IMG/VR virus record: IMGVR_UViG_3300023174_000069 | Origin: an uncultured virus (IMG/VR IMGVR_UViG_3300023174_000069) | Lineage: Duplodnaviria; Heunggongvirae; Uroviricota; Caudoviricetes | DNA: 64,000 bases | Strand: one strand, 5' to 3' | Part shown: one piece after another, positions 19,179-28,218 of the stretch | How positions within the stretch are numbered: position 1 is the first letter of the stretch | Layout: every line of letters starts with the position of its first letter | Notes under the pieces: generated by a model | Databases searched by the model: none | What the model saw: the letters and a program-made list of their open reading frames with translations, nothing else | Told to the model about the DNA's origin: nothing | Translations under genes and position numbers: made by a program

Positions 19179-19251
19179 GTCTCCATCGTCTAGTGGCCTA
19201 GGACACCCGCCTTTCACGCAGGTAACACGGGTTCAAATCCCGTTGGAGACA
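19179..19251 (+). tRNA. tRNA-Glu(TTC)
   Basis: Acceptor GTCTCCA/TGGAGAC, anticodon loop CTTTCAC, T loop TTCAAAT; CCA not encoded. Confidence 0.92.
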
Positions 19252-19270
19252 TTTTTTATGGGATTTTTAT

Positions 19271-19840
19271 ATGATATTTTTTACGGCAGATACACATTTT
19301 GGTCACAGTAACATAATAAATTATTGTGATCGTCCTTTCACATGTAAAGAAGAACATGATGCCGCCCTAATAGAAAGATGGAATTCTGTAGTAAAACCTG
19401 GAGATATTGTATATCATCTAGGTGATTTCGGCTTCGGCTCGTCACAATATCTAAAAAGTATCTGTGATCGTCTTAGAGGACAAATAAATCTAATACGAGG
19501 CAATCACGACAAGAATATAAGTCAAATTCAATCAAGATTTGGTTTTGTAAAGGATGTTCATCTTCTAGAAACAAAACTAATGGATAAAAAACTAAAAATC
19601 TTTATGTCGCATTATCCTCACAGAAGTTGGATACATAAGCCTAGAGATGCATATCATCTTTTTGGTCATGTTCATGGAAATATGGGTCCATTTGGTCTTT
19701 CTTTTGATGTTGGTGTCGATTGCTGGAATTATACACCAATTTCAATCGAGCAAGTGCATACACATATAGAGCAAAATCTAATGCCTGCTTGGGTAGAAGA
19801 AAAACAAAAACATAAAAATGTTGATGTCATAGAAAAATAG
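19271..19840 (+). CDS. Calcineurin-like metallophosphoesterase
   Basis: ADTHFGH, HLGDF, GNHD, HYP, GHVH, DVGVD. Confidence 0.9.
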   Translation: MIFFTADTHFGHSNIINYCDRPFTCKEEHDAALIERWNSVVKPGDIVYHLGDFGFGSSQYLKSICDRLRGQINLIRGNHDKNISQIQSRFGFVKDVHLLETKLMDKKLKIFMSHYPHRSWIHKPRDAYHLFGHVHGNMGPFGLSFDVGVDCWNYTPISIEQVHTHIEQNLMPAWVEEKQKHKNVDVIEK

Positions 19841-19849
19841 GTATATACT
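19821..19849 (+). promoter_or_regulatory. Sigma70-type promoter of gp43B
   Basis: TTGATG-17-TATACT; ATG 9 nt downstream. Confidence 0.7.
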
Positions 19850-19858
19850 GTTGCATCT

Positions 19859-20968
19859 ATGACTCAAGATTTGTCCAAACTCTCTGATATTGAACTAAAA
19901 GCCTACGCTAGAAAATTGTCATTTGATATTTCAAAATATCATAACTTTCAGCTTACAAAAAAGATTCAGCTAAACTCTGCCTATGGTGCCATGGGTAATC
20001 AATACTTTCGTTTCTACGATATTCGTTTGGCTGAAGCCGTTACACTTTCAGGACAGTTAGTGATTCAGTGGCTTGCTAAAGATATCAACAAGTATCTTAA
20101 CACGTTGCTTAAAACTTCAGATATCGATTATGTAATTGCCATCGACACAGATTCCATATATCTAAATCTTAAACAGCTTGTTGAGATGGTGTACAAAGAC
20201 AAGTTGCCTGATGATAAGTCCAAGATAGTTGATTTCTTAGATAAGGTTGCGGAAGAAAAGATACAAAAGGTAATCGATAAGAGCTGTCAAGAGCTTAGAC
20301 AATATTTAAATGCTCGCTCCCAAAAGATGCAGATGAAGCGAGAGTCTATTGCTGACAAAGCAATTTGGACAGCCAAGAAACGATACATTCTTAACGTATA
20401 TGATTCTGAAGGCGTCCGCTACGAAACACCAAAGCTAAAGATTCAAGGCATTGAAGCTGTCAAGTCATCAACTCCTGAAGTGTGTCGCCAAAAGATTAAA
20501 GATGCTATTAAGCTGATACTTACCAAAACACAATCAGATTTGCATCAGTACATAAACACATTCAAAGAACAGTTCAAGCAGTTGTCACCAGAGTTTGTGG
20601 CGTTTCCACGAGGTTGTAATGGTATTGGAACGTATTCTGATCCCAAAGCCATTTATAAGAAAGGAACTCCAATTCATGTTCGTGGTGCCTTGGTTTATAA
20701 TCGTCTCATAAAAGACAAGAAATTGGACAAAAAATATCCTTGCATCCATGAAGGAGATAAGATAAAGTTTATATACTTGAGAGAGCCTAATCCAGTACAA
20801 GAAAATGTTATCACTATGAGTGAAGAAGGTTTGCCGCAAGAGCTAAATCTACACAAGTATGTTGATTACGAATTGCAGTTTGAAAAGACGTTTGTTGATC
20901 CTCTCAAGATTATTTTGAACGCAATTAATTGGTCGACAAAGAAGACAGTGAGTTTTGATGATTTATAG
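19859..20968 (+). CDS. 43: Family B DNA polymerase, C-terminal subunit (gp43B)
   Basis: Motif B KKIQLNSAYG, motif C IDTDSIY, KKRY, KSSTP; C-terminal clamp-binding SFDDL. Confidence 0.95.
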   Translation: MTQDLSKLSDIELKAYARKLSFDISKYHNFQLTKKIQLNSAYGAMGNQYFRFYDIRLAEAVTLSGQLVIQWLAKDINKYLNTLLKTSDIDYVIAIDTDSIYLNLKQLVEMVYKDKLPDDKSKIVDFLDKVAEEKIQKVIDKSCQELRQYLNARSQKMQMKRESIADKAIWTAKKRYILNVYDSEGVRYETPKLKIQGIEAVKSSTPEVCRQKIKDAIKLILTKTQSDLHQYINTFKEQFKQLSPEFVAFPRGCNGIGTYSDPKAIYKKGTPIHVRGALVYNRLIKDKKLDKKYPCIHEGDKIKFIYLREPNPVQENVITMSEEGLPQELNLHKYVDYELQFEKTFVDPLKIILNAINWSTKKTVSFDDL

Positions 20969-20978
20969 GAGATAGACT

Positions 20979-22049
20979 ATGGCAAAAAATAATCCGTTTA
21001 GTGATGTGTTAAAGGTGTTGGAGAATGAATATGCGGCTGTCGCCGAGGATGGTACTTCTGCTGACGTTGTAGGTTTTATTGATACTGGTTCATATGCACT
21101 AAACGCACTTTATTCAGGTAGCATTTTTAAAGGTATGCCAGCTAATAAAATTAGCGCACTTGCTGGTGAAGAAGCCACAGGAAAAACATTCTTTGCTCTG
21201 GGTATTATCAAGAATTTTTTGGATACTAACGATAAAGCCCTTAGCATTGTTTTTGAGTCCGAAGGCTCAGTTACGAAAGAAATATTAGATTCTCGTGGCG
21301 TTGACACCAAGCGTGTTCTAATCGTGCCTGTAGAGACAATTCAACAGTTTAAGACACAAGCCTTGCGAGTTGTGGAAAATCATCTTAGTGTAGCTGAGAA
21401 AGATCGTAGACCACTTATGATGTGTTTGGATTCTTTGGGTATGTTATCGACAACCAAAGAAATGAATGACTCTGGAACTGGCAAAGAAGTAAAAGATATG
21501 ACCAGAACCGCAGAAATTAAGGCTGCGTTTCGAGTTCTCACACTCAAGTTGAGTAAAGCAAAGATTCCTCTTCTTGTGACTAATCACGTTTATCAAACTA
21601 TGGGTATGTTTCCAACCAAAGAAATGGGTGGAGGAGGTGGACTCAAATACGCAGCCAACAATATTATTGCACTGTCAAAGTCCAAGAACAAAGACGCCGA
21701 CGGTACTGTAACAGGAATTTTTATTCGATGTAAGAATTTAAAGTCTCGTCTGACTAAAGAAAATACTGAAACCAGTGTTATGCTTTCTTATGCTAGAGGA
21801 CTAGATAGATACTATGGTCTAATTGATCTTGCAATCGAGCATGGAATCTTTAAGAAGATTTCTACTAAGATTGAAGTTACGGATGGTAAGACTGTATTTG
21901 AAAAGCAAATTATCAATAACCCCGAAAAGTTTTTTACTGACGAGGTACTTCAGAGAATTGATGCTGCGGCTCAAAAAGAGTTTAGCTACGGTACTGGCGG
22001 TGTTGATACAGAAGATGTAGTGGAGGAAATACTAAATGACGCTCACTGA
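20979..22049 (+). CDS. uvsX: RecA-like recombinase UvsX
   Basis: DTGSYALN, AGEEATGKT, DSLGML, DMTR, GGGGLKYAA. Confidence 0.95.
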   Translation: MAKNNPFSDVLKVLENEYAAVAEDGTSADVVGFIDTGSYALNALYSGSIFKGMPANKISALAGEEATGKTFFALGIIKNFLDTNDKALSIVFESEGSVTKEILDSRGVDTKRVLIVPVETIQQFKTQALRVVENHLSVAEKDRRPLMMCLDSLGMLSTTKEMNDSGTGKEVKDMTRTAEIKAAFRVLTLKLSKAKIPLLVTNHVYQTMGMFPTKEMGGGGGLKYAANNIIALSKSKNKDADGTVTGIFIRCKNLKSRLTKENTETSVMLSYARGLDRYYGLIDLAIEHGIFKKISTKIEVTDGKTVFEKQIINNPEKFFTDEVLQRIDAAAQKEFSYGTGGVDTEDVVEEILNDAH

Positions 22050-22389
22050 GATTAAACAAAAGTATCGAATCGTTTTTGATCCACAAGATGCTAAAAAGTG
22101 GTGCGTAGAGCTTTTAGGTCCATGTGATCCTTTCCATGGAGTTATAGTATCTTTTGGTGAATTTAGTATTAAAAAGAATGAGGAAGATGATTCTAATCCC
22201 AAATTTTCATTTCAAACTGAAATCATTTATGTGCCAGAAAGACTTAAAGATGTAACGCTTCCTGATGAGGAAGAGGATAAAATGCAAACTTTGCTTGCAC
22301 AAATACTGCTTGATATTATAGAATCAAATGCAAACAGAGCAAAGTCACAAGACGGTAAGTTATATCTTGAGTTGATTAAAGATGACTAA
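22036..22389 (+). CDS. Hypothetical protein (position of T4 gp40)
   Basis: ORF between uvsX and gp41. Confidence 0.55.
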   Translation: MTLTEIKQKYRIVFDPQDAKKWCVELLGPCDPFHGVIVSFGEFSIKKNEEDDSNPKFSFQTEIIYVPERLKDVTLPDEEEDKMQTLLAQILLDIIESNANRAKSQDGKLYLELIKDD

Positions 22390-23794
22390 TGATAGAATTG
22401 AAACTCTAATACTAAGCAATTTACTCTTCGATGACAGCTACACACGAAGAGTTTTGCCGTTCATAAAATCCGAATACTTTGCTGATGAAGCAGAAAAGCA
22501 AGTTTATGAGAAGATATCCAATTTTGTAATTAAGTATGATTCTCTTCCTTCAAAAGAAGCTCTAATAATATCCGTAGTAAATGATAATCAATTAGTAGAT
22601 TCTGTAGAAAAGACCTGTAAAGATATAATAACTTCTTTAGAGCATCATAAGATAGATTCTCGATGGATATTAGACGAGACTGAAAGTTGGTGTAAAGAAC
22701 GAGCCATGTATTTGGCTCTCATGAGCAGCATTAAAATAGCCGATGATAAAAAAGGAAAATTAAGCAGAGGTATAATTCCTAAGTTATTGACAGATGCATT
22801 AAGTGTTTCTTTTGATCCTAATGTTGGACATAGTTATCTGGACGACACAGACTCCAGATACGAGTTCTATCACAAAGTAGAAGAAAAGTTTACGTTCGAT
22901 CTTGATTGTATGAACAAGATCACTAAGAATGGTGTTCCTAGAAAAACTCTTAATGTAATCTTGGCAGGAACAGCAGTAGGAAAATCTCTTGCTCTTTGTC
23001 ACATGGCAGCCAGCTACTTTATGTCAGGAAAAAATGTATTGTATATTACTCTTGAAATGGCTGAAGCCAGAATAGCTGAACGCATAGACGCCAATCTATT
23101 GAATATATCTTTACAAGATTTACAATCTATTTCTAAGGATATGTACGATAGAAAAATTGAAGCGATCAAAAGTAAAACTGTAGGTCGAATGATCATCAAA
23201 GAGTATCCTACAGCAACAGCTAACGTAACACACTTTCGTTCACTATTGAATGAGCTATATCTAAAAAAGAATTTTGTTCCTGATATAATTTTTGTAGATT
23301 ACTTGAATATAGCAGCCTCAGCCAGAATTAACAACTCTAATCATGTAAACAGCTACACTTATGTAAAAAGTATTGCCGAAGAGTTTAGAGGATTGGCTGT
23401 CGAGTTTAATGTTCCTTTGTGGACTGCAACACAAACAAATAGACAGGGATTTGTTTCAAGTGATATAGGTCTTGAGAATACATCTGAGTCATTTGGACTT
23501 CCAGCAACCGCCGATTTTATGATTGCGCTTTCTACAACAGAAGAGCTTGAAAAGATGGGACAGATTCTGGTGAAGCAACTAAAGAATCGTTACAATGACA
23601 TCTCTACACTACGACGATTTGTTGTTGGAATTGATAGATCAAAAATGCGATTGTTTGACTTAGATGATTCTGCTCAACAAGAGCTAGTAGATACGGATAT
23701 GAAAGATAAAAAGGACACATCCGCATTTGACAAGTCTAAATTTGGATCTGCTATGTTAGCTGAACGAAAAGACGTGGATGATTTCAAGTGGTGA
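22382..23794 (+). CDS. 41: Replicative DnaB-like helicase gp41
   Basis: AGTAVGKS, ITLEMAE, IKEYPT, VDYLN, ATQTNR, SESFGLPATAD, KNRY. Confidence 0.96.
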   Translation: MTNDRIETLILSNLLFDDSYTRRVLPFIKSEYFADEAEKQVYEKISNFVIKYDSLPSKEALIISVVNDNQLVDSVEKTCKDIITSLEHHKIDSRWILDETESWCKERAMYLALMSSIKIADDKKGKLSRGIIPKLLTDALSVSFDPNVGHSYLDDTDSRYEFYHKVEEKFTFDLDCMNKITKNGVPRKTLNVILAGTAVGKSLALCHMAASYFMSGKNVLYITLEMAEARIAERIDANLLNISLQDLQSISKDMYDRKIEAIKSKTVGRMIIKEYPTATANVTHFRSLLNELYLKKNFVPDIIFVDYLNIAASARINNSNHVNSYTYVKSIAEEFRGLAVEFNVPLWTATQTNRQGFVSSDIGLENTSESFGLPATADFMIALSTTEELEKMGQILVKQLKNRYNDISTLRRFVVGIDRSKMRLFDLDDSAQQELVDTDMKDKKDTSAFDKSKFGSAMLAERKDVDDFKW

Positions 23795-23799
23795 AATAT

Positions 23800-23880
23800 A
23801 TGGTGTCCAAAACAGAAAGAGTAGTTTTAGCTATACTAGCATTATTAATATCCATAGTGCTTAATCTTGTTCATACATAA
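23800..23880 (+). CDS. Putative 26-aa single-TM peptide
   Basis: MVSKTERVVLAILALLISIVLNLVHT*; fills the gap after gp41. Confidence 0.45.
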   Translation: MVSKTERVVLAILALLISIVLNLVHT

Positions 23881-23885
23881 TGCGG

Positions 23886-23893
23886 CATAAATA
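23886..23893 (+). promoter_or_regulatory. T4-type late promoter variant
   Basis: CATAAATA (T4 consensus TATAAATA) at the head of the late cluster. Confidence 0.65.
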
Positions 23894-23920
23894 CTTGGTT
23901 GTGTGAGATGGTGACAGCCA

Positions 23921-25141
23921 ATGATAACGTTCAAACAGTATATAATTGAATCTGCAAGTAAAAATACTCATCTTGAACATTTAGAAGATGAGATATTTAA
24001 CGGCGGAATCAATGGCACTAGAAAAGCTCTCGACTTTTTGCGAGGTCTGAGAGATATGCTCAAAGGCTCTTCAAAATCGTCGGTAAACGTTACAGTAAAG
24101 TGGGATGGTGCTCCTTCGATAATTTGTGGAATAAATCCAGAAAACAAAAAGTTTTTTGTAGCCACTAAAGCTGCGTTCAATAAAGATCCAAAATTAAATT
24201 ATACTCATGCTGATATAGACAAGAATCATGCTGGTGCTGGTACGCTAATCGATAAGCTAAAACTTGCTCTAGATTCGCTTTCGACCTCAGGAATAAAGGG
24301 TATCATACAAGGCGATATTCTGTTCACTAGAAGTAGCTTGCAAAGAAAAGAAATTAATGGTGAGCAGCTTTTAACTTTCACTCCTAACACTATTACATAT
24401 GCAGTGCCAGCAGACTCTCAATTAGCACATGAGATGAGCATGGCTAATATAGGTATTGTGTTTCATACCTCATATTCTGGTAATAAAATAGCGAAGCTAA
24501 AAGCAACATTTAATGCAAACATCTCCGGGCTTAAAAAAACTCCGGCTGCGTGGATAACTGATGCAACGTTTAGAGACGAAAGTGGTTCTGCAACACTCAC
24601 CAAAGATGAGACTGACTACGTTTCTGTTCGCTTGAGTGAAATAGGTAGATTGTTCAATCAAATGGATTCTACAAGCATTAATAAGATAGTTTCTGATGCC
24701 GAATTAATTTTAATGGTAAAGACCTATATTAACACTAAAGTTAGAGTTGGAGAAAACATAACTGGTACCAAAAAATATGCCAAGGGTCTTATCACGTTTA
24801 TTAAAGAGCGATATCAAAAAGAAATAGATAAACTAAAAACTGACAGAGGAAAAGAAGGACGAAAATTAAAGTTAAAAGAAATAGTGTCTTTTATAAACAC
24901 ACATCAAGATCAGTTTATTATTATGTTTATGATTGCTGCTTTGATGGCTGATGTTAAAGGTGTGTTTTTGAAAAAATTAAGAAAAGTCAATTCAGTTGGA
25001 ACATTCTTAGAGACTCCAGAAGGATTTAAAGTAACATCACCTGAAGGGTTTGTTGCAGTAGATCAGATGGGTTCTGCGGTGAAGCTAGTTGATAGATTAG
25101 AGTTTAGTAGAGCTAATTTTACACAAACAAAAAATTGGTAA
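23921..25141 (+). CDS. DUF6267-like protein with ligase-type (KxDG) nucleotidyltransferase motifs; capsid-targeting-like N-terminus
   Basis: MITFKQYIIE; HLEHLED; VTVKWDG, IQGDILF, PEGFV, VKLVDRLEFS. Confidence 0.65.
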   Translation: MITFKQYIIESASKNTHLEHLEDEIFNGGINGTRKALDFLRGLRDMLKGSSKSSVNVTVKWDGAPSIICGINPENKKFFVATKAAFNKDPKLNYTHADIDKNHAGAGTLIDKLKLALDSLSTSGIKGIIQGDILFTRSSLQRKEINGEQLLTFTPNTITYAVPADSQLAHEMSMANIGIVFHTSYSGNKIAKLKATFNANISGLKKTPAAWITDATFRDESGSATLTKDETDYVSVRLSEIGRLFNQMDSTSINKIVSDAELILMVKTYINTKVRVGENITGTKKYAKGLITFIKERYQKEIDKLKTDRGKEGRKLKLKEIVSFINTHQDQFIIMFMIAALMADVKGVFLKKLRKVNSVGTFLETPEGFKVTSPEGFVAVDQMGSAVKLVDRLEFSRANFTQTKNW

Positions 25142-25144
25142 GAT

Positions 25145-25489
25145 ATGTTTGAGTATTCTGCAAAAGTTTTAGAAGTGATCGACGGAGATACTATTGACGT
25201 AGCTATAGATTTGGGGTTTAATGTGCTACACACAATACGAGTTAGATTGTATGGTATTAACACACCAGAAACTCGCACAAAGAATAAAGAAGAAAAGCAA
25301 AAGGGACTAAGGGCTAAAGAGCGTCTAAAAGAGCTGATAGAAGGTAAGATAGTAACTATCAAAACACAAAAAGACGACACAGAAAAATTTGGAAGATATT
25401 TAGGAATAGTGTTCTTAGATAACACGGATATAAATCAGACATTAATTTCAGAAGGTCATGCCACAGAATACTTTGGAGGAAAAAGATAG
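25145..25489 (+). CDS. Thermonuclease (SNase-like)
   Basis: VIDGDTI, RVRLYGINTPE, KFGRYLG, LISEGHA. Confidence 0.92.
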   Translation: MFEYSAKVLEVIDGDTIDVAIDLGFNVLHTIRVRLYGINTPETRTKNKEEKQKGLRAKERLKELIEGKIVTIKTQKDDTEKFGRYLGIVFLDNTDINQTLISEGHATEYFGGKR

Positions 25490-25491
25490 TT

Positions 25492-26943
25492 ATGAAGCGT
25501 TTAAAACAAATTTTGACAGAAGACAAATACACACAAAAACAGCCTTGGGCTCTTGTTGACACGTCTGCAAATAATAAAATTATTGCCACCGCTTCTGATG
25601 AGACTGGAGTTAAACGGAGCATATCATCAGCACATCTTCCTCCACTCAGAGTTAAAGATAAAAGCACACTCAAGATTGTTAAGATGAAAAAGCCTCAGCA
25701 GGCTGGAGAAATGCTAAAATCTGATAATCTTGTTGAGTCAAAAGATACTCTTAAAATTGGTGATAAAATACGAACAAAACTGGGTGGTCAAACTCCTGGT
25801 ATTATTACTAAAATTGAAGGTGATAAGATTTATTTTGATCATGCAACCGCAAAATACGACACTGTGTGGTCTGGTGCAAAGGGAAAACCTAAACAGTATG
25901 TAGCTCATAGAAGCAACGTAGTGAAAGAAGAAATAAACGAAGCATTTTCAAAAGATCAACTTGCGGTTCTAAAGAAAGAATACGAAACACTACAAAAAAT
26001 GGATGTTACATCCAATTCGTATAAAAAATTGATTGCTTTGTTAAACAATTTACCACAGTCTCATCTAAAAAGTCTTGTTGATGCTGACATTAAGTTTGTG
26101 TCAAAACTTGCAAAAAATCGTTTAAAAGAAGAGACAGAAATTGACGAGCGATGTTGGGATGGATATAAACCAACTCCAGGTAAGAAACCCTATGAAAAGG
26201 GGTCTTGCATGAAAGAGAATGATAAGATTAGTGAAGCTGCTTCAGGACCAACCAGAATGGAATTGCAAAAGCATTTTGAGAAAACTCCTGGTTCTAAAGC
26301 TCAAAAACTTGCTAGTGTGGAAAAAACATTTCGAGTAAAAAACATAGTTTTGAATAGTAAACAGCAGATAGTAAATTTTGATTTAAATGAATCTTATGAT
26401 GATCTTCAAGAAGAAGCTGAACATGAAGGGAAAAAAGTTACATTAAACAAACCTTTTAGAACACCAGATGGTCCTAAAAAGTTTGCTGTGTATGTAAAGA
26501 ACGATAAGGGAAACGTGGTAAAGGTAACGTTTGGTGATCCTAATATGGAAATTAAACGTGATAATCCCGAGCGAAGAAAGAATTATCGTGCTAGACATAA
26601 CTGTTCAGATCCTGGGCCTAAATGGAAAGCAAACTACTGGTCTTGTAAGATGTGGGCTGATAAACCGGTGTCTAAAATGACTGAAGCAAAAACCACTTTT
26701 GATTTTGTCGAACTAGATGGACCAAAAACCAAGCGAGTCGTAGGTGGAATTACATCTATATCGGGAGAAAGTCCAGAGTCTGCACTGACTAATAGATTTA
26801 AAAGTATGGGTTATCAAGATATTGTTGTGACCAATACTAACGATGTTATAATGGTGTCAGCATCACATGGTAACAGCAAAGAAAAGAATTATTACAAACT
26901 TAAAAAATCTATATCTGAAGTAATTTCTTCGGATAGTAAATAA
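25492..26943 (+). CDS. Putative internal head polyprotein (modular, Glu-punctuated)
   Basis: MKRLKQILTE start; modules separated by LVES, INEA, IDER, ISEA, LQEEAE, MTEA; contains CWDGYK and FGDPNM...RARHNC...YWSC modules. Confidence 0.55.
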   Translation: MKRLKQILTEDKYTQKQPWALVDTSANNKIIATASDETGVKRSISSAHLPPLRVKDKSTLKIVKMKKPQQAGEMLKSDNLVESKDTLKIGDKIRTKLGGQTPGIITKIEGDKIYFDHATAKYDTVWSGAKGKPKQYVAHRSNVVKEEINEAFSKDQLAVLKKEYETLQKMDVTSNSYKKLIALLNNLPQSHLKSLVDADIKFVSKLAKNRLKEETEIDERCWDGYKPTPGKKPYEKGSCMKENDKISEAASGPTRMELQKHFEKTPGSKAQKLASVEKTFRVKNIVLNSKQQIVNFDLNESYDDLQEEAEHEGKKVTLNKPFRTPDGPKKFAVYVKNDKGNVVKVTFGDPNMEIKRDNPERRKNYRARHNCSDPGPKWKANYWSCKMWADKPVSKMTEAKTTFDFVELDGPKTKRVVGGITSISGESPESALTNRFKSMGYQDIVVTNTNDVIMVSASHGNSKEKNYYKLKKSISEVISSDSK

Positions 26944-26956
26944 ATTAGGAGAATGT

Positions 26957-27199
26957 ATGTTAGTAAAACCAATGACCGAAGAAGTAAGCCTCGCCACGGA
27001 AACTGATGTTGATAAAGCATCCGTTGTTAGAGTAGTGAATACAGGCGCAGCAACTCTTGTAACAGTAAAAGATGGTGCTACAACCGTAGCGTCTCTAACT
27101 TTGACTCAGGGTGAAGTGCTACATTTACAAAAAACACCCACACATAAACTCGTTGCAACCGCAAGTGTTAAAGCTGTTAAAGTGGCTCATGCAAATTAA
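26957..27199 (+). CDS. Small hypothetical (probable virion) protein
   Basis: AGGAG RBS, upstream GTAAATA, beta-rich 80 aa. Confidence 0.65.
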   Translation: MLVKPMTEEVSLATETDVDKASVVRVVNTGAATLVTVKDGATTVASLTLTQGEVLHLQKTPTHKLVATASVKAVKVAHAN

Positions 27200-28210
27200 A
27201 TGAAACCCTTAAAAACGATACTAAAAAAGAAAACGGCAGTGTTTGCTTTTGGAAGAATGAACCCTCCTACGGCAGGTCACGAAAAGCTAATAAAAAAAGT
27301 GCTTGAAGTTGCCAAGAAATCTTCTGCTACTCCTTTTTTGTTTGTCTCACATACACAAGATGCCAAAAAGAATCCTTTAACTAGCAAGCAAAAAGTAAAA
27401 TACATTAAGTTAGGAATACCAGCAATAGCAAAAAATGTTGTGTATGATCCTAATATTAAGACACCATTTCAAGCTCTAAAACACATAGAAGAGTTGGGAT
27501 ACACTGATGTCATAATGATAGCAGGAGCAGACAGAGTTGCAGAATTTAACAAAACTATAGGTAGCTATGTGAATCATCCAGATCCTAGCAAAAGTTTTAA
27601 TTTAGATTCTTTTAAAGTAGTTTCTGCCGGAGATAGAGATCCTGACGCCGAAGGAGTCACGGGAATAAGTGGCTCAAAGATGCGAGAATTTGTAACAAAA
27701 AATGATTTTGCATCATTCAAGAAAGGTGTTCCTTCCAATTTGAGTGATAAGTATGCCAAAGAGATGTTTGATGCTATTAAAAAATCTATGAATGTTATGG
27801 AGATGTTTGAAGAGGTAAAGCGCATAACTAACTCACTCAACATTCCTAGAAACAAGATGCCTCAGATTAAAAAAGATAATATACCAGAGTTTATTAAAAC
27901 CTTAAAGAGAAGTGGTGTTGATATTCAAAATCGAGAAATTTCTGTTAAATCGTTGAAGCCTACACAAAATGAAATCAACATGAACAAGGTCAAAGAAAAG
28001 TATGATAAGCTATCGGATGGTGGCTCAATTAAACCTTTTATCGTGTCTTACGATAATTATATTTTGGATGGTCATCATCAACTTTTCGCACTTAAAACTT
28101 TGGATTCAGACATGAAAGTTTCTTGTTTTGTTATCAGTGTTAGTATGAAAGATTTACTCAAACACGCCCGAGCTTTTCCAAAAACTACCTATAAAACTAT
28201 CGCTGACTAA
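27200..28210 (+). CDS. Cytidylyltransferase-like (HIGH-class) protein fused to a C-terminal ParB/Srx-like domain
   Basis: FGRMNPPTAGH, GADR, SAGDRD, SGSKMR; C-terminal LKPTQ...ILDGHH. Confidence 0.8.
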   Translation: MKPLKTILKKKTAVFAFGRMNPPTAGHEKLIKKVLEVAKKSSATPFLFVSHTQDAKKNPLTSKQKVKYIKLGIPAIAKNVVYDPNIKTPFQALKHIEELGYTDVIMIAGADRVAEFNKTIGSYVNHPDPSKSFNLDSFKVVSAGDRDPDAEGVTGISGSKMREFVTKNDFASFKKGVPSNLSDKYAKEMFDAIKKSMNVMEMFEEVKRITNSLNIPRNKMPQIKKDNIPEFIKTLKRSGVDIQNREISVKSLKPTQNEINMNKVKEKYDKLSDGGSIKPFIVSYDNYILDGHHQLFALKTLDSDMKVSCFVISVSMKDLLKHARAFPKTTYKTIAD

Positions 28211-28213
28211 ATA
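28206..28213 (+). promoter_or_regulatory. T4-type late promoter variant
   Basis: ACTAAATA, 5 nt before ATG 28219. Confidence 0.6.
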
Positions 28214-28218
28214 CTTCT

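Noticed and set aside
19019..19201. 60-aa ORF in the track
   Set aside because: It overlaps the three tRNA genes and is a shadow ORF.
16668..19858. Intron or split intein explaining the gp43 interruption
   Set aside because: No intein N-terminal block or C-terminal HN, no recognisable group I/II core, no homing endonuclease motif; each half has its own promoter and clean ends.
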